From positions 45,514 through 109,513 of the forward strand of contig JABZMB010000001.1 in the NCBI GenBank assembly GCA_015256455.1: a stretch of 64,000 bases of DNA, in the 5' to 3' direction. Each line of letters begins with the position of its first letter. Position 1 is the stretch's first letter. Positions 51,801-60,057 of the stretch are shown in pieces. The position numbers and the translations under genes are program-made. The notes below the pieces were generated by a model. That model saw nothing but the letters and a program-made list of their open reading frames with translations. It did not search any database and had not been told where the DNA came from. Origin of the DNA: Solobacterium sp. GTDB taxonomy: Bacteria; Bacillota_I; Bacilli_A; Erysipelotrichales; Erysipelotrichaceae.

Positions 51801-52905
51801 CCTGTTCTGGATCAGAACCGTCAATCAACTTCACTGTCATGGTAGATACGTTGCTAGAAGTACGATCTACGTTTGGAGTATCATCCCAGATTGTTTTCTT
51901 AAAGTTTTTTAGAGTAATTGTAAACGAAGAACCATTTGCACGTGTACTATTTGACGGAACCTTTACATGAGGTACAAACTTTGGTGTTCCAGAATAAGAA
52001 CCAGGTTCATTCCACTCTAATTTCGTGGTCTTCATTCCACCACTCTCTGTCGTAGAAACAACAGTACCATTTGAGTGATATAACTGTGTCTCTTCGAGAG
52101 ATATAAACTCAATGTCACTAGGATATTCAATTTCAACGGTTGTCTTACTACCTGCTTCTGTCAAGGAATTTCCACCTGTAATGGAAGCGAGCAATGTTGT
52201 CGTTGTATCACCCTTACTGATAGTCTCTGTTGATTGGTCTGTCCAGAAGTTATATCTAAACTCTTCTGTAGACTTCGCATTAAAAGAACGTGCATCTACA
52301 GATGGAGTTGAATCTGTACTTAGACTAATCTGAAACAAGTTCGTAAGAATCTGATTTGGATCCTGATTTAGATATGCACTGTCAATGCTGAAACTAATTT
52401 CTCCTGCAGAAGCCACATTTGTTAGTGATGTCTTTGACTTAAAAATTAATTCGCCATTTCTTGACTGAGCAGAACCTGCAGTTGGATATCCATATGGGGA
52501 AGTACCTGTCCCTGTAGGTGTATTAACCAACTGTTCAAAACCCGTTGCAGTAATTGGACCTTCCGTAAATGTTGAACCTGGAAGTGTAGTAATATACGCT
52601 CCATTTCCAAGATTTAGATGAAAATAGGTATTTGAAAACTGCAAGGATGATGGAACAGAATATTCTACATCCAATGAGTAAATAACCCCTGTTTTTAGTT
52701 CAGGAACATCACCTGCCAATAAATCAGCTACCTGAGCACCTGTAGATGAGTCCTTTACAACTACTTTATTAAATTTAAAACCGGTTGTATCCTCAGCCTG
52801 AACGACTGCTTTTCCAGGAATAAAACCAGCGATTACGATTATAAGTGATAATAGAAACGCAAACACCCTCTGTATTCCCTTTGCAAAACAATGATTGCTA
52901 CACAT
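48898..52905 (-). CDS. Large (1335 aa) adhesin-like surface protein with CnaB/SpaA-type isopeptide domains and TPKTSD sorting signal
   Basis: RBS GGGGGAG. Signal peptide present. Thr/Asn-rich beta-rich N-terminal region. C-terminal CnaB-like domains (KVAKDWKNYDG…, TFTKEWSN…, DPPVKKIVEGNP…TNVYK). The tail reads TPKTSD, a hydrophobic segment, then KKIMKA. Confidence 0.75.
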   Translation of the reverse strand: MCSNHCFAKGIQRVFAFLLSLIIVIAGFIPGKAVVQAEDTTGFKFNKVVVKDSSTGAQVADLLAGDVPELKTGVIYSLDVEYSVPSSLQFSNTYFHLNLGNGAYITTLPGSTFTEGPITATGFEQLVNTPTGTGTSPYGYPTAGSAQSRNGELIFKSKTSLTNVASAGEISFSIDSAYLNQDPNQILTNLFQISLSTDSTPSVDARSFNAKSTEEFRYNFWTDQSTETISKGDTTTTLLASITGGNSLTEAGSKTTVEIEYPSDIEFISLEETQLYHSNGTVVSTTESGGMKTTKLEWNEPGSYSGTPKFVPHVKVPSNSTRANGSSFTITLKNFKKTIWDDTPNVDRTSSNVSTMTVKLIDGSDPEQVASHALVDTAVNWAYKKYDTYNVRLGSLLIKNELSTPTKPKTLEMTIDETDTAIIRGVTIPYHADMVYGNIYWTSASGASGVADPSILQKPNASPLNVSALITNTALGLDINDSIKTIKVDIGQIPGQYDGIRPQRDLLDTWNPNNQFISDGEFYGWSYIPNGVYGSWKVGTNDNVKTTVKLYNTGATPTAGDTYTLIGKPKVPEVKNGVGSINQTQILGGNSFTVSGRIDDANWDWNPLQEPEIYMIMPEGFTYSNLQVTNGTLSTPTYVGEFEKDGEKVKVWKYSIDIGQETRGQYQPNFTSKNMTIKFDVHADKTVKVATYHINDFLGITTKDFDAIGAVIKPEKWDRRNWNTDKYTAVFGTAVNSGKTMVSLSEGPGVKVNQAAEVNAHSTLIDKDTGAEIIYDNTSATTKKDTTVVLEKGDTTTMRIKLRNNSGTNINYANVFIPLLNENLDFGPAFMPEGANQLPLKLDKVEATPNFEVKYIKLKPGKTYALNHAPQPGDYDIVTNPADANMLMLVTKTTLSNGDGGRIEVTYKAENNLTMSHNDKIDVITPVLDYDINGNRATLTLEPAAMTFHTSSIKVAKDWKNYDGTALTAPVSEIEVELYRDGTVLEKKKLTAANNWEVSFDNIDVVNPTTGTNYQYSVKEVGVDSSGKIKINDAWYTATVTGDVDQGFTVTNKKSLEVTPLIPATTTKTFTKEWSNLTQSEIDTLSTTIALYKNGNKVQEVVVDKNNHFTATFSNLPVTDTITSAANTYTVKELDGDGNVVEEGSTITISGRDFTVHYDGTKIVNTYVPKPVLVDPPVKKIVEGNPTNPSRFHFEMRAVNPADPMPVGSVGGVKQAEVTGSGEVEFGIFEITQAGTYQYVISEINDGIANYTYDTTQYTITFEVTDVAGQLVADTHVEKADGTVVNEAVFTNVYKAPISTPKTSDQNNMLMYAIMMSIALMAAFIVNVDKKIMKA

Positions 52906-53317
52906 AGATTTCTCCCCCTAAAATAGTTTTAGCAGCGTTTTACTTTGTACGAAGTAGTTGCTAGGAATCGTGATTTCCACAATCAACGCTACTTGGCAAT
53001 GTGGTTTCACTTTTGTTTTTATCGTTCTAGTTTAGTAATACTTCGTATTCAAAGGCAGTGTTTACAAACAAAAAGTAGTATTTGTTGTTCATTACAATTT
53101 TAAGTGAAAAACCGAAATAATAAAATACTATATTTTTTTAATTTTTAGTTAATAATTTTCTCATATTAGTAATATTTAATGCATATAGTTATTATTATTG
53201 AAATATTGTTATTAATTTTACATTTCAAAAATGATGTTTATAGCATAAAAGACAAGTCCCTTGAAGTGCATCTTCTTAGGACCTGCCTTTTATGTTTCTA
53301 TCCCTTCCGATTATTCT

Positions 53318-54367
53318 TTAGTCAATAACTGCACGAGCAGCAGCATCTTTGTAATACTTAAATTCTGTAAATACTTCTCCTTTATATGGATTCTTCTTTG
53401 TCTTTATACACGTACGGATGATGTAGATAATAGCGATAAGATTTACAATAAGTGCTAGTCCACTAACAATTGTCATCATTGTAGGATTTGCGTTAGCACT
53501 TCCTCCAGCCACAATTCCATTCAGTGTACCATCTGCGTATAATACTGGTAATGTTACCCATGGGAATGCCTTTGTACCATCTGCAAATGTTTCTTGGAAT
53601 AATGGGAATACCTGTGCAAACATACACCATATACATAAAGTATTCGCTCTATTTTGAATCCATCCACCCTTATTCCATAGTAATGCAGGAATTGTTGGTG
53701 ATAGTAGTAATGCAACACCACAGAACCATGAATGTGTTGGTAAACAGTTGTATGTATACGCAAAATTCCACACATCATAGATTAAGATATATACCCAGAT
53801 CATATCTGGCCAAATCATATCCTTTTCATCCTTAGAAGAATATACAGCCCACCAACCTGTCATACAGAAGATATTGATCAAACCTGCTAAACCATTGAAT
53901 ACATTATGCCATCCTCCATATAACCATACACCTTCAGAAGATAACCACCATTTGTACCAACCATTAATTGCTGACTCAAAATCACTTGCTACTGCAATCA
54001 AGATATTAATAGCAACAATCGCAAATGGGAATGCACGGAACCAATGTTGTTTTCCAATACCCCATTTGTATTTGATCATCATAAATCCAATACATCCTGT
54101 AAGTGATGCATAGAGTTTTGCATAATGGAACCAACCATTCATATATAGATATGTTTGGTTATGTAGTGCCCACTCTGCCCCCATTCTCGCTGATACATAA
54201 ATTACGATAAAATAAATTGTCAAAATTAATGGTAAAACAAAAAACATCAAGATACCGCCAAACTTTGTTCTACGAGAAAACTCATTTAACAAAATCAAAC
54301 TTGCAAGTACTCCTAGCATTGCGACCCATTGGTATATGGCCGAATCTCCGCTAATGTGAAATAACAT
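53318..54367 (-). CDS. Trp-rich polytopic membrane protein, unknown function
   Basis: 349 aa with about 8 predicted TM helices and many Trp (WYKWWLSSEGVWLYGGWHNVF). It contains none of the motifs recognised elsewhere in this window. Confidence 0.6.
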   Translation of the reverse strand: MLFHISGDSAIYQWVAMLGVLASLILLNEFSRRTKFGGILMFFVLPLILTIYFIVIYVSARMGAEWALHNQTYLYMNGWFHYAKLYASLTGCIGFMMIKYKWGIGKQHWFRAFPFAIVAINILIAVASDFESAINGWYKWWLSSEGVWLYGGWHNVFNGLAGLINIFCMTGWWAVYSSKDEKDMIWPDMIWVYILIYDVWNFAYTYNCLPTHSWFCGVALLLSPTIPALLWNKGGWIQNRANTLCIWCMFAQVFPLFQETFADGTKAFPWVTLPVLYADGTLNGIVAGGSANANPTMMTIVSGLALIVNLIAIIYIIRTCIKTKKNPYKGEVFTEFKYYKDAAARAVID

Positions 54368-54508
54368 ATTTCCTCCCCCTTTTTTATGTTCTCACTTCAT
54401 TCAATTATGCATGTATATACATGTGATTAATTTCACTTATATTTTATAAAACATCAAAATGTTAGACAATGGCTAGAGAAAAAAATTTTTTAGAATTTTG
54501 ACAAATAT

Positions 54509-54538
54509 AAAAAATTGGATAAATTTTTTATCCAATTT
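54509..54538 (-). terminator. Intrinsic terminator after ispD-family gene
   Basis: TTGGATAAAttttTTATCCAA hairpin flanked by A/T runs. It abuts the ispD stop codon. Confidence 0.55.
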
Positions 54539-55181
54539 TTATCTAATATCTTCTGGTGTAGTAATTTTGTAATTAGAGTATTTCCCTTCAACTACAGCCA
54601 CTCTTACATTAGAATACTTCTCTACCAAGGAAGTATCATCCGTGCCAATAAAGTGGTCCTTTTTTGCTTTATGCATGCATGTGAGTAATAAATCTGTCTC
54701 AAATGCTTGTGGTGTCTGTGCACACTGTAATGTACTACGGTCATATGTCTCTACAACATATCCGTCCTTAACATGCTTTACGGTATCCTTGCATGGAACG
54801 CACAATAAAGCTGCCTTCTCTGTTTCCATCGTCTTTTTAAGCTTCTCTAATGACTCTTTTTCTAAGAATGGTCTAGCTCCATCATGCACAAAAACAATAT
54901 CTGCTAGTACTGCACGCAAGCCATTATAAACACTATCTTGACGTGTTGCACCACCACACGCAAATACGACTCTACCATCTTTTCTTCCATGTACTTTTTC
55001 AAAATGCTCTGCACAATCTGTCACTAAAACAATTTGTACACAATCACTATCATTAAGAAATACAGAAAGCGTCTTATCCAAAATGGTTGTTCCATCTGGC
55101 AGTTTTGCATAAACCTTATTATATCCAAGCTTCATTCTTGTTCCACTACCTGCCGCAACGATTAGAGCACTGTATTGCATA
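54539..55181 (-). CDS. ispD: IspD-family cytidylyltransferase (2-C-methyl-D-erythritol 4-phosphate or ribitol-5-phosphate cytidylyltransferase)
   Basis: Start taken as MQYSALIVAAGSGTRMK, with a GAGGGAG RBS. Contains GGATRQDSV. It is monocistronic with no adjacent ispF. Confidence 0.8.
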
Positions 55182-55268
55182 ACTTTCTCCCTCTTTTTCA
55201 TATATTAAAACATAATCAGATGTCATGCGCATTAATAAAATGTATAATAATCAAAAAAAGGAGATAAC

Positions 55269-55931
55269 ATGCACTATAACGGAATTATTTTTGATTTTAA
55301 CGGTACATTATTCTTTGATACTGATTTACATATTCAAGCTTGGGATACTATCGCTATGAGAGTCGTTGGTGAACACATGACAAAAGAAACACTCGTACAG
55401 AAATATTGGGGGTTAGCAAATGTCGATTTGATTCAACGTATGACGAATAACACACTTTCTACAGAAGAATGTGAACGCTTATCAGCCGAAAAAGAAGCCC
55501 TTTATCGCCAATATGTTAAAAATGATCCTAGTGCACAACTAGCTCCGGGTGTCATTGAATTCTTTAACTACCTCAAACAACACAATATTCCCTTTACAAT
55601 TGCCTCTGCATCAATCAAAGAGAATATAGATTTCTACGTATCACAGTTCAATTTAGACCAATGGATCGATCCAAAAACAATTGTCTATGATGATGGTACA
55701 TACAACAGTAAATATGAAATGTATTTAGAAGCTATGAAACGTCTTCATGTATCCGATCATGTTATCGTCTTTGAAGATTCTATCAACGGTGTTCTAGCCG
55801 CAAAAAAAGCTAATGCTAAAGTTATTGCGATTTCTAGTGATTCTCTTGAAGCACATGATCTTCCATTCTTATCTGCGACAATCAATGATTTTCAAGGTAT
55901 TGTTGAATTACTTGAGACTCTTCCTGAATAA
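55269..55931 (+). CDS. HAD-IA hydrolase (beta-phosphoglucomutase/phosphatase family)
   Basis: 220 aa with motif I IIFDFNGTL and motif IV FEDSINGV. Confidence 0.75.
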   Translation: MHYNGIIFDFNGTLFFDTDLHIQAWDTIAMRVVGEHMTKETLVQKYWGLANVDLIQRMTNNTLSTEECERLSAEKEALYRQYVKNDPSAQLAPGVIEFFNYLKQHNIPFTIASASIKENIDFYVSQFNLDQWIDPKTIVYDDGTYNSKYEMYLEAMKRLHVSDHVIVFEDSINGVLAAKKANAKVIAISSDSLEAHDLPFLSATINDFQGIVELLETLPE

Positions 55932-55964
55932 CCCCATATAGAAAAAAGATCTCAATATGAGACC

Positions 55965-56462
55965 TCATCCAAATACTGCACCTAATAATCCATAAGATAC
56001 TAGTGTCATGATGACTGCAGCCATTGCAACTCCAATCAATATTGATAGGGTTGCTTTTTTTAAGTCCATTTCAAACAAGGCCGCAATTAAGCATCCAGTC
56101 CAAGCACCTGTACCCGGTAATGGAATACCTACAAATAATGCCAATCCCCAGAAACCATACTTATCGATTTTCGGCTTATTCTTAATTGCTTTCTGTTCTA
56201 ACCACTCCGCAATCTTAGATAAGTGATGTATTGATAGCCAATGGATTAGCTTTTTAATTCCAAATAAAATAAATGGGATTGGTAAAATATTACCAATGAC
56301 ACACCAGAATACTGCCTCCCACATAGGTATCCCTAACATCTTGGCAAGTAATAAGCCACCACGTTCTTCAATCAGTGGTAGTAAGCTAACTAAAAAGATT
56401 GATAATTTAGGTGATAAGAACTTCCCAACAGTTCCTGCCCACCAGAGAATAAAACCTTCCAT
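55965..56462 (-). CDS. Small polytopic membrane protein (putative small multidrug-export-like family)
   Basis: Start taken as MEGFILWW, which has a GGAGG RBS. Four TM helices. The family assignment is made from memory only. Confidence 0.5.
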   Translation of the reverse strand: MEGFILWWAGTVGKFLSPKLSIFLVSLLPLIEERGGLLLAKMLGIPMWEAVFWCVIGNILPIPFILFGIKKLIHWLSIHHLSKIAEWLEQKAIKNKPKIDKYGFWGLALFVGIPLPGTGAWTGCLIAALFEMDLKKATLSILIGVAMAAVIMTLVSYGLLGAVFG

Positions 56463-56613
56463 GCAAAACCTCCGCATATCCCTGCATACTTTACCATAGA
56501 CCACTATTCATCGCAATTCTCGCTGATAAACTTCATCTAAATTCAATAAAATTCTTTCTTTCAATTCTGTTTCTCAAAATTCAAAATTATTTTTGAAAAA
56601 ATATAAAAATGTG

Positions 56614-56642
56614 TTGACACTCTGTGTTGAGGTTGATATTAT
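56614..56642 (+). promoter_or_regulatory. Sigma-A type promoter for tRNA-Ile/tRNA-Ala operon
   Basis: TTGACA (56614-56619), a 17-nt spacer, then TATTAT (56637-56642), about 20 nt before the tRNA-Ile 5' end. Confidence 0.6.
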
Positions 56643-56663
56643 ATTAAAGCATTCGATGAAGTT

Positions 56664-56740
56664 GGGCCTGTAGCTCAGGTGGCTAGAGCGCACCCCTGAT
56701 AAGGGTGAGGTCGCTGGTTCAAGTCCATTCAGGCCCACCA
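56664..56740 (+). tRNA. tRNA-Ile (anticodon GAT), CCA encoded
   Basis: GGGCCTGTAGCTCAGGTGGCTAGAGCGCACCCCTGATAAGGGTGAGGTCGCTGGTTCAAGTCCATTCAGGCCCACCA is near-identical to bacterial tRNA-Ile(GAU). The T-stem has one C•U mismatch (GCTGG/CCATT). Confidence 0.85.
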
Positions 56741-56771
56741 TTTTCGGAAAATTCATCGAATTGATATACAT

Positions 56772-56844
56772 GGGGTTATAGCTCAGCTGGGAGAGCACCT
56801 GCTTTGCAAGCAGGGGGTCAGGAGTTCGATCCTCCTTAGCTCCA
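56772..56844 (+). tRNA. tRNA-Ala (anticodon TGC), CCA not encoded
   Basis: GGGGTTATAGCTCAGCTGGGAGAGCACCTGCTTTGCAAGCAGGGGGTCAGGAGTTCGATCCTCCTTAGCTCCA. The G3:U70 identity pair is present. Confidence 0.9.
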
Positions 56845-56854
56845 CTTATCAAAA

Positions 56855-56884
56855 AAATACCGTAGAAATGCGGTATTTTTTATT
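56855..56884 (+). terminator. Intrinsic terminator after tRNA-Ala
   Basis: ATACCGtagaaatgCGGTAT followed by TTTTTTATTT. Confidence 0.7.
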
Positions 56885-56954
56885 TACTAAGAAGAATTTG
56901 AGATTAATAAACTAAAAGCAGATTTCACGTGTGTGTATGAAATCTGCTAAATTT

Positions 56955-57755
56955 TTATTTCTCAGGTTTTGCAAGAACAAATAATGCGTTACGTTCGTAG
57001 TTTTCGTTTCCTTCTTCTGCGAAGAAATCATACATAGACCAGTTATAGTAGAAACGTTCAGCACCATATACAAAGTAACCATCTTGATTATGGTCAGTTG
57101 TATCATAAGGATCTGCCATAATCATAACATCATCCTGCGTTGTTTCTGTTCCCATATCATCATAACCAATGACTACTTGCCAGTGTCCGCCCCACTCAAT
57201 CCAGCAAACCATTACAGCATTTCCTGCTTGGATTTCTTCCTTAAAGCGTGACAGAGGGAAAACTTCATGTGGATCTTCACCAATATGGTCATAGTTAGAT
57301 TCAATATTGAATCCACCAACACCTTCAAACATTTCTACTGCTTGTTTTACAGATGTAGGTCCAGGTGTCAAACCATTAGAGCGTAGTTTAGCAAGATCTT
57401 CTTCTCCTATATTTCCTCTTTTACCATAGAAATCCATTACCATTAAGGCAGATGCTACGCCACAACTCCACTCACTAGATTGTTGAATTGTTTTAAACTT
57501 TGGCAAAATAGAAAGTGATCCATTGCTTGTCATGTTGTAATAATCCAAAGATGTAAAATAAGGACTATCTTTATGATCTCCTGCACGTTCAACGGAATCT
57601 GAACCAGCTTCTGGATCTAAATCTTCATTATCCTCAATCTTCATTTCATCACTGTAATTACCAGTATTGTTTGCGGCTGTTTCCTTTTCAGATACAGCTT
57701 TTGTTGTGCATGCTGTCATAAGCAATGCTAGTAAAATCAAATAAAACTTCTTCAT
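56955..57755 (-). CDS. Lipoprotein with C39-like (papain-fold, BtrH/YvpB-type) cysteine peptidase domain
   Basis: Lipobox LMTACT. Acidic linker. The domain has the catalytic Cys context SEWSCGVASALMV and a His in GGHWQVVIGYDD. Confidence 0.65.
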   Translation of the reverse strand: MKKFYLILLALLMTACTTKAVSEKETAANNTGNYSDEMKIEDNEDLDPEAGSDSVERAGDHKDSPYFTSLDYYNMTSNGSLSILPKFKTIQQSSEWSCGVASALMVMDFYGKRGNIGEEDLAKLRSNGLTPGPTSVKQAVEMFEGVGGFNIESNYDHIGEDPHEVFPLSRFKEEIQAGNAVMVCWIEWGGHWQVVIGYDDMGTETTQDDVMIMADPYDTTDHNQDGYFVYGAERFYYNWSMYDFFAEEGNENYERNALFVLAKPEK

Positions 57756-57829
57756 TTTTCCCCTTCCCGGTCCCCAACAAAAAAGGCAGTATCAACCAAT
57801 ACCACCTGTATGTATCTATTCATCACACA

Positions 57830-58010
57830 CTTATCTATAAAAGACTACTACAGGCACAGAGTTGATTTGCTCAATATGCGGGAAATCCCGATTAATCAGG
57901 CAGTCCTTCTGCCCTGCTGCATCCACGATGCAGTCCCTGCTTCTTCAACAGGTCTTCGGCATTTGACCCGGCCGTCCGTGTAGCCTCAGCTTATAATAAG
58001 CGGTCAAGCG
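57830..58010. other. GC-rich structured element in AT-rich intergenic region (candidate ncRNA or 5' leader), unassigned
   Basis: Several stable local hairpins are visible (GCGGGaaatCCCG, GGCAGtccttCTGCC, CTGCATccacgATGCAG, CCTGcttcttcaaCAGG). GC content is well above the flanks. It lies between the tkt terminator and the lipoprotein gene start. Confidence 0.3.
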
Positions 58011-58139
58011 TGACATATTTATCACAGTGATAGTTTACAAAAAGCAATATATAAAAACAAGTATATTTTTTGAAATTTTGTATCATGCATTAAAAAAAGA
58101 TTCACTACACTATTGTAGTAAATCTTTTCGTAATAACTT

Positions 58140-59063
58140 TTATAAAGCAGCCTTCACTTGTTCGTAAACACCTTCACCATCTAACTTATACTTAGCCATA
58201 AGCTTATTAGCATCGCCAGATTCAGCATAAGTATCTTGGATACCAATGCGACGAATCTTCTTAGGGCACTTATCTGCAGCAATTTCACAGATGAGTCCAC
58301 CTAATCCACCGATTACATTATGTTCTTCAGCCGTAAATACTACATCATACTTCGCTAGTAATTCAGCAATCTGTTCTTCATTACATGGCTTGATAGCACA
58401 TACATCTACTACAGCTACTTCCTTACCTTCTGTACTTAACTTTTCAGCTGCCTTTAAGGCAGATTGAACCATCAAGCCACAAGCAAAGATAACAGCATCC
58501 TTACCTTCACGAACAACGTTAACCTTGCTGAAATCAAATACTGTATCTTCAGTATAAACATCTTCAACAGATGAACGACCAAGTCTTACGTAACATGGTG
58601 TCTTTGTAGAAGCAACATGTCTAATAACAGCCTTTGTCTGTGCAGCATCACATGGTACATACACTTCCATTCCTGGTACAACACGCATAAGTGCGATATC
58701 TTCAATCGCTTGGTGAGATACACCATCTTCACCTACTGTAATACCTGCGTGCGTGCCGCATACCTTAACATTTAAATGTGGATATGCAACACTGTTACGA
58801 ATCTGTTCCCAAGCTCTACCTGTACAGAACATAGAGAATGAAGATGCGAATGGAATAAATCCACTTGTCGCAAAACCAGCTGCATGACCAATCATATCAG
58901 CTTCGGCAATACCTAAATTAAAGAATCTTTCAGGTGCTACCTTTTTCGCATTTGCTGTCTTAGTACTGCCTGAAAGGTCTGCATCTAACACCACAATCTT
59001 ATTATTTTCAACGATTAATTCAGCTAACGCTTCACCATACGCTTCTCTTGTTGCCTTACCCAT
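58140..59063 (-). CDS. Transketolase, C-terminal subunit (split tkt)
   Basis: 307 aa with a Pyr-binding and C-terminal transketolase domain. It lies 2 nt downstream of the N-terminal subunit gene. Confidence 0.9.
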   Translation of the reverse strand: MGKATREAYGEALAELIVENNKIVVLDADLSGSTKTANAKKVAPERFFNLGIAEADMIGHAAGFATSGFIPFASSFSMFCTGRAWEQIRNSVAYPHLNVKVCGTHAGITVGEDGVSHQAIEDIALMRVVPGMEVYVPCDAAQTKAVIRHVASTKTPCYVRLGRSSVEDVYTEDTVFDFSKVNVVREGKDAVIFACGLMVQSALKAAEKLSTEGKEVAVVDVCAIKPCNEEQIAELLAKYDVVFTAEEHNVIGGLGGLICEIAADKCPKKIRRIGIQDTYAESGDANKLMAKYKLDGEGVYEQVKAAL

Positions 59064-59065
59064 GA

Positions 59066-59881
59066 CTACTCTGCCTCCAATTCTGCCATTGCTGCTTCAA
59101 ATTGCTCTTGGTTAGGAGCCTTTCCATGCCATCCAGCATTGTTTTCCATAAAGGAAACACCCTTACCCTTAACAGTACGAGCGATGATTGCTGTTGGCTT
59201 GCCCTTCACTGTCTTTGCTTCAGCAAATGCAGCCTGTAATTCTTCCATATTATGTCCATCAACACAAATTACATGGAATCCAAATGCTGCAAACTTCTGG
59301 TCTAATGGTTCAGGTCCAATAACATCAGATGTCTTACCATCAATCTGTAAACCATTTACGTCAACGATGGCACAAAGATTATCATTCTTATAATGAGCAG
59401 CAGCCATTGCAGCTTCCCAGATTTCTCCCTCTTCTGTTTCTCCATCACCGATTAAGCAGTAAATACGGTGATCATTTCCAGCTAATTTATTAGCTAATGC
59501 CATTCCATCCGCTACTGCAAAACCTTGACCTAATGAACCAGTAGACATATCTACACCAGTTACATAGTTCATATTTGGATGTCCCTGTAACTTAGAATCT
59601 ATTAAACGGAATGTCTTTAATTCTTCTTCAGCCAAAATACCCTTTTCAGCTAGTACAGCATATAAAAGTGGTGATACATGTCCCTTCGATAATACAAAAC
59701 GGTCACGTTCAATTCCACCAGCATTTTCCTTATTGATATCCATCACATCAAAATAAAGCACTGTAAGAATATCTGTAGCACCCAATGATCCCCCAGGGTG
59801 TCCAGATTGTGCATTATACACTTGTCTTAAAATATTCTTACGAATATTCTTCGCGTGTAATTTTAAATCTTCAATTACCAT
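59066..59881 (-). CDS. Transketolase, N-terminal (TPP-binding) subunit
   Basis: 271 aa with the TPP motif GDGETEEGEIWEA and LGQGF. Confidence 0.9.
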   Translation of the reverse strand: MVIEDLKLHAKNIRKNILRQVYNAQSGHPGGSLGATDILTVLYFDVMDINKENAGGIERDRFVLSKGHVSPLLYAVLAEKGILAEEELKTFRLIDSKLQGHPNMNYVTGVDMSTGSLGQGFAVADGMALANKLAGNDHRIYCLIGDGETEEGEIWEAAMAAAHYKNDNLCAIVDVNGLQIDGKTSDVIGPEPLDQKFAAFGFHVICVDGHNMEELQAAFAEAKTVKGKPTAIIARTVKGKGVSFMENNAGWHGKAPNQEQFEAAMAELEAE

Positions 59882-60057
59882 TATACGGCCTCCTGTTTTA
59901 TACTATTTTTATATTATCATGTTCATAATAGATACAAAAGTTCTTTTCCCTAACATTTACCTAAAGGAAAAGAAAGTATTCATTTATATGGAATATCGTT
60001 CATAAAACATTCCATTTTTCTGTATTTTTTCTATACTATTCCTATGAAGGTACTTTT

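Noticed and set aside
56574-56852. 92-aa minus-strand ORF
   Set aside because: It overlaps both tRNA genes and their promoter and is an ORF-finder artefact.
57830-58010. Assignment of the GC-rich element to SRP RNA, 6S, tmRNA, RNase P, glmS or c-di-GMP riboswitch
   Set aside because: No GNRA-capped domain-IV with AGG/AGCA loops and no GGUUCGAAUCC T-arm. It is too short for RNase P, and the glmS and c-di-GMP conserved cores are absent. It is left unassigned.
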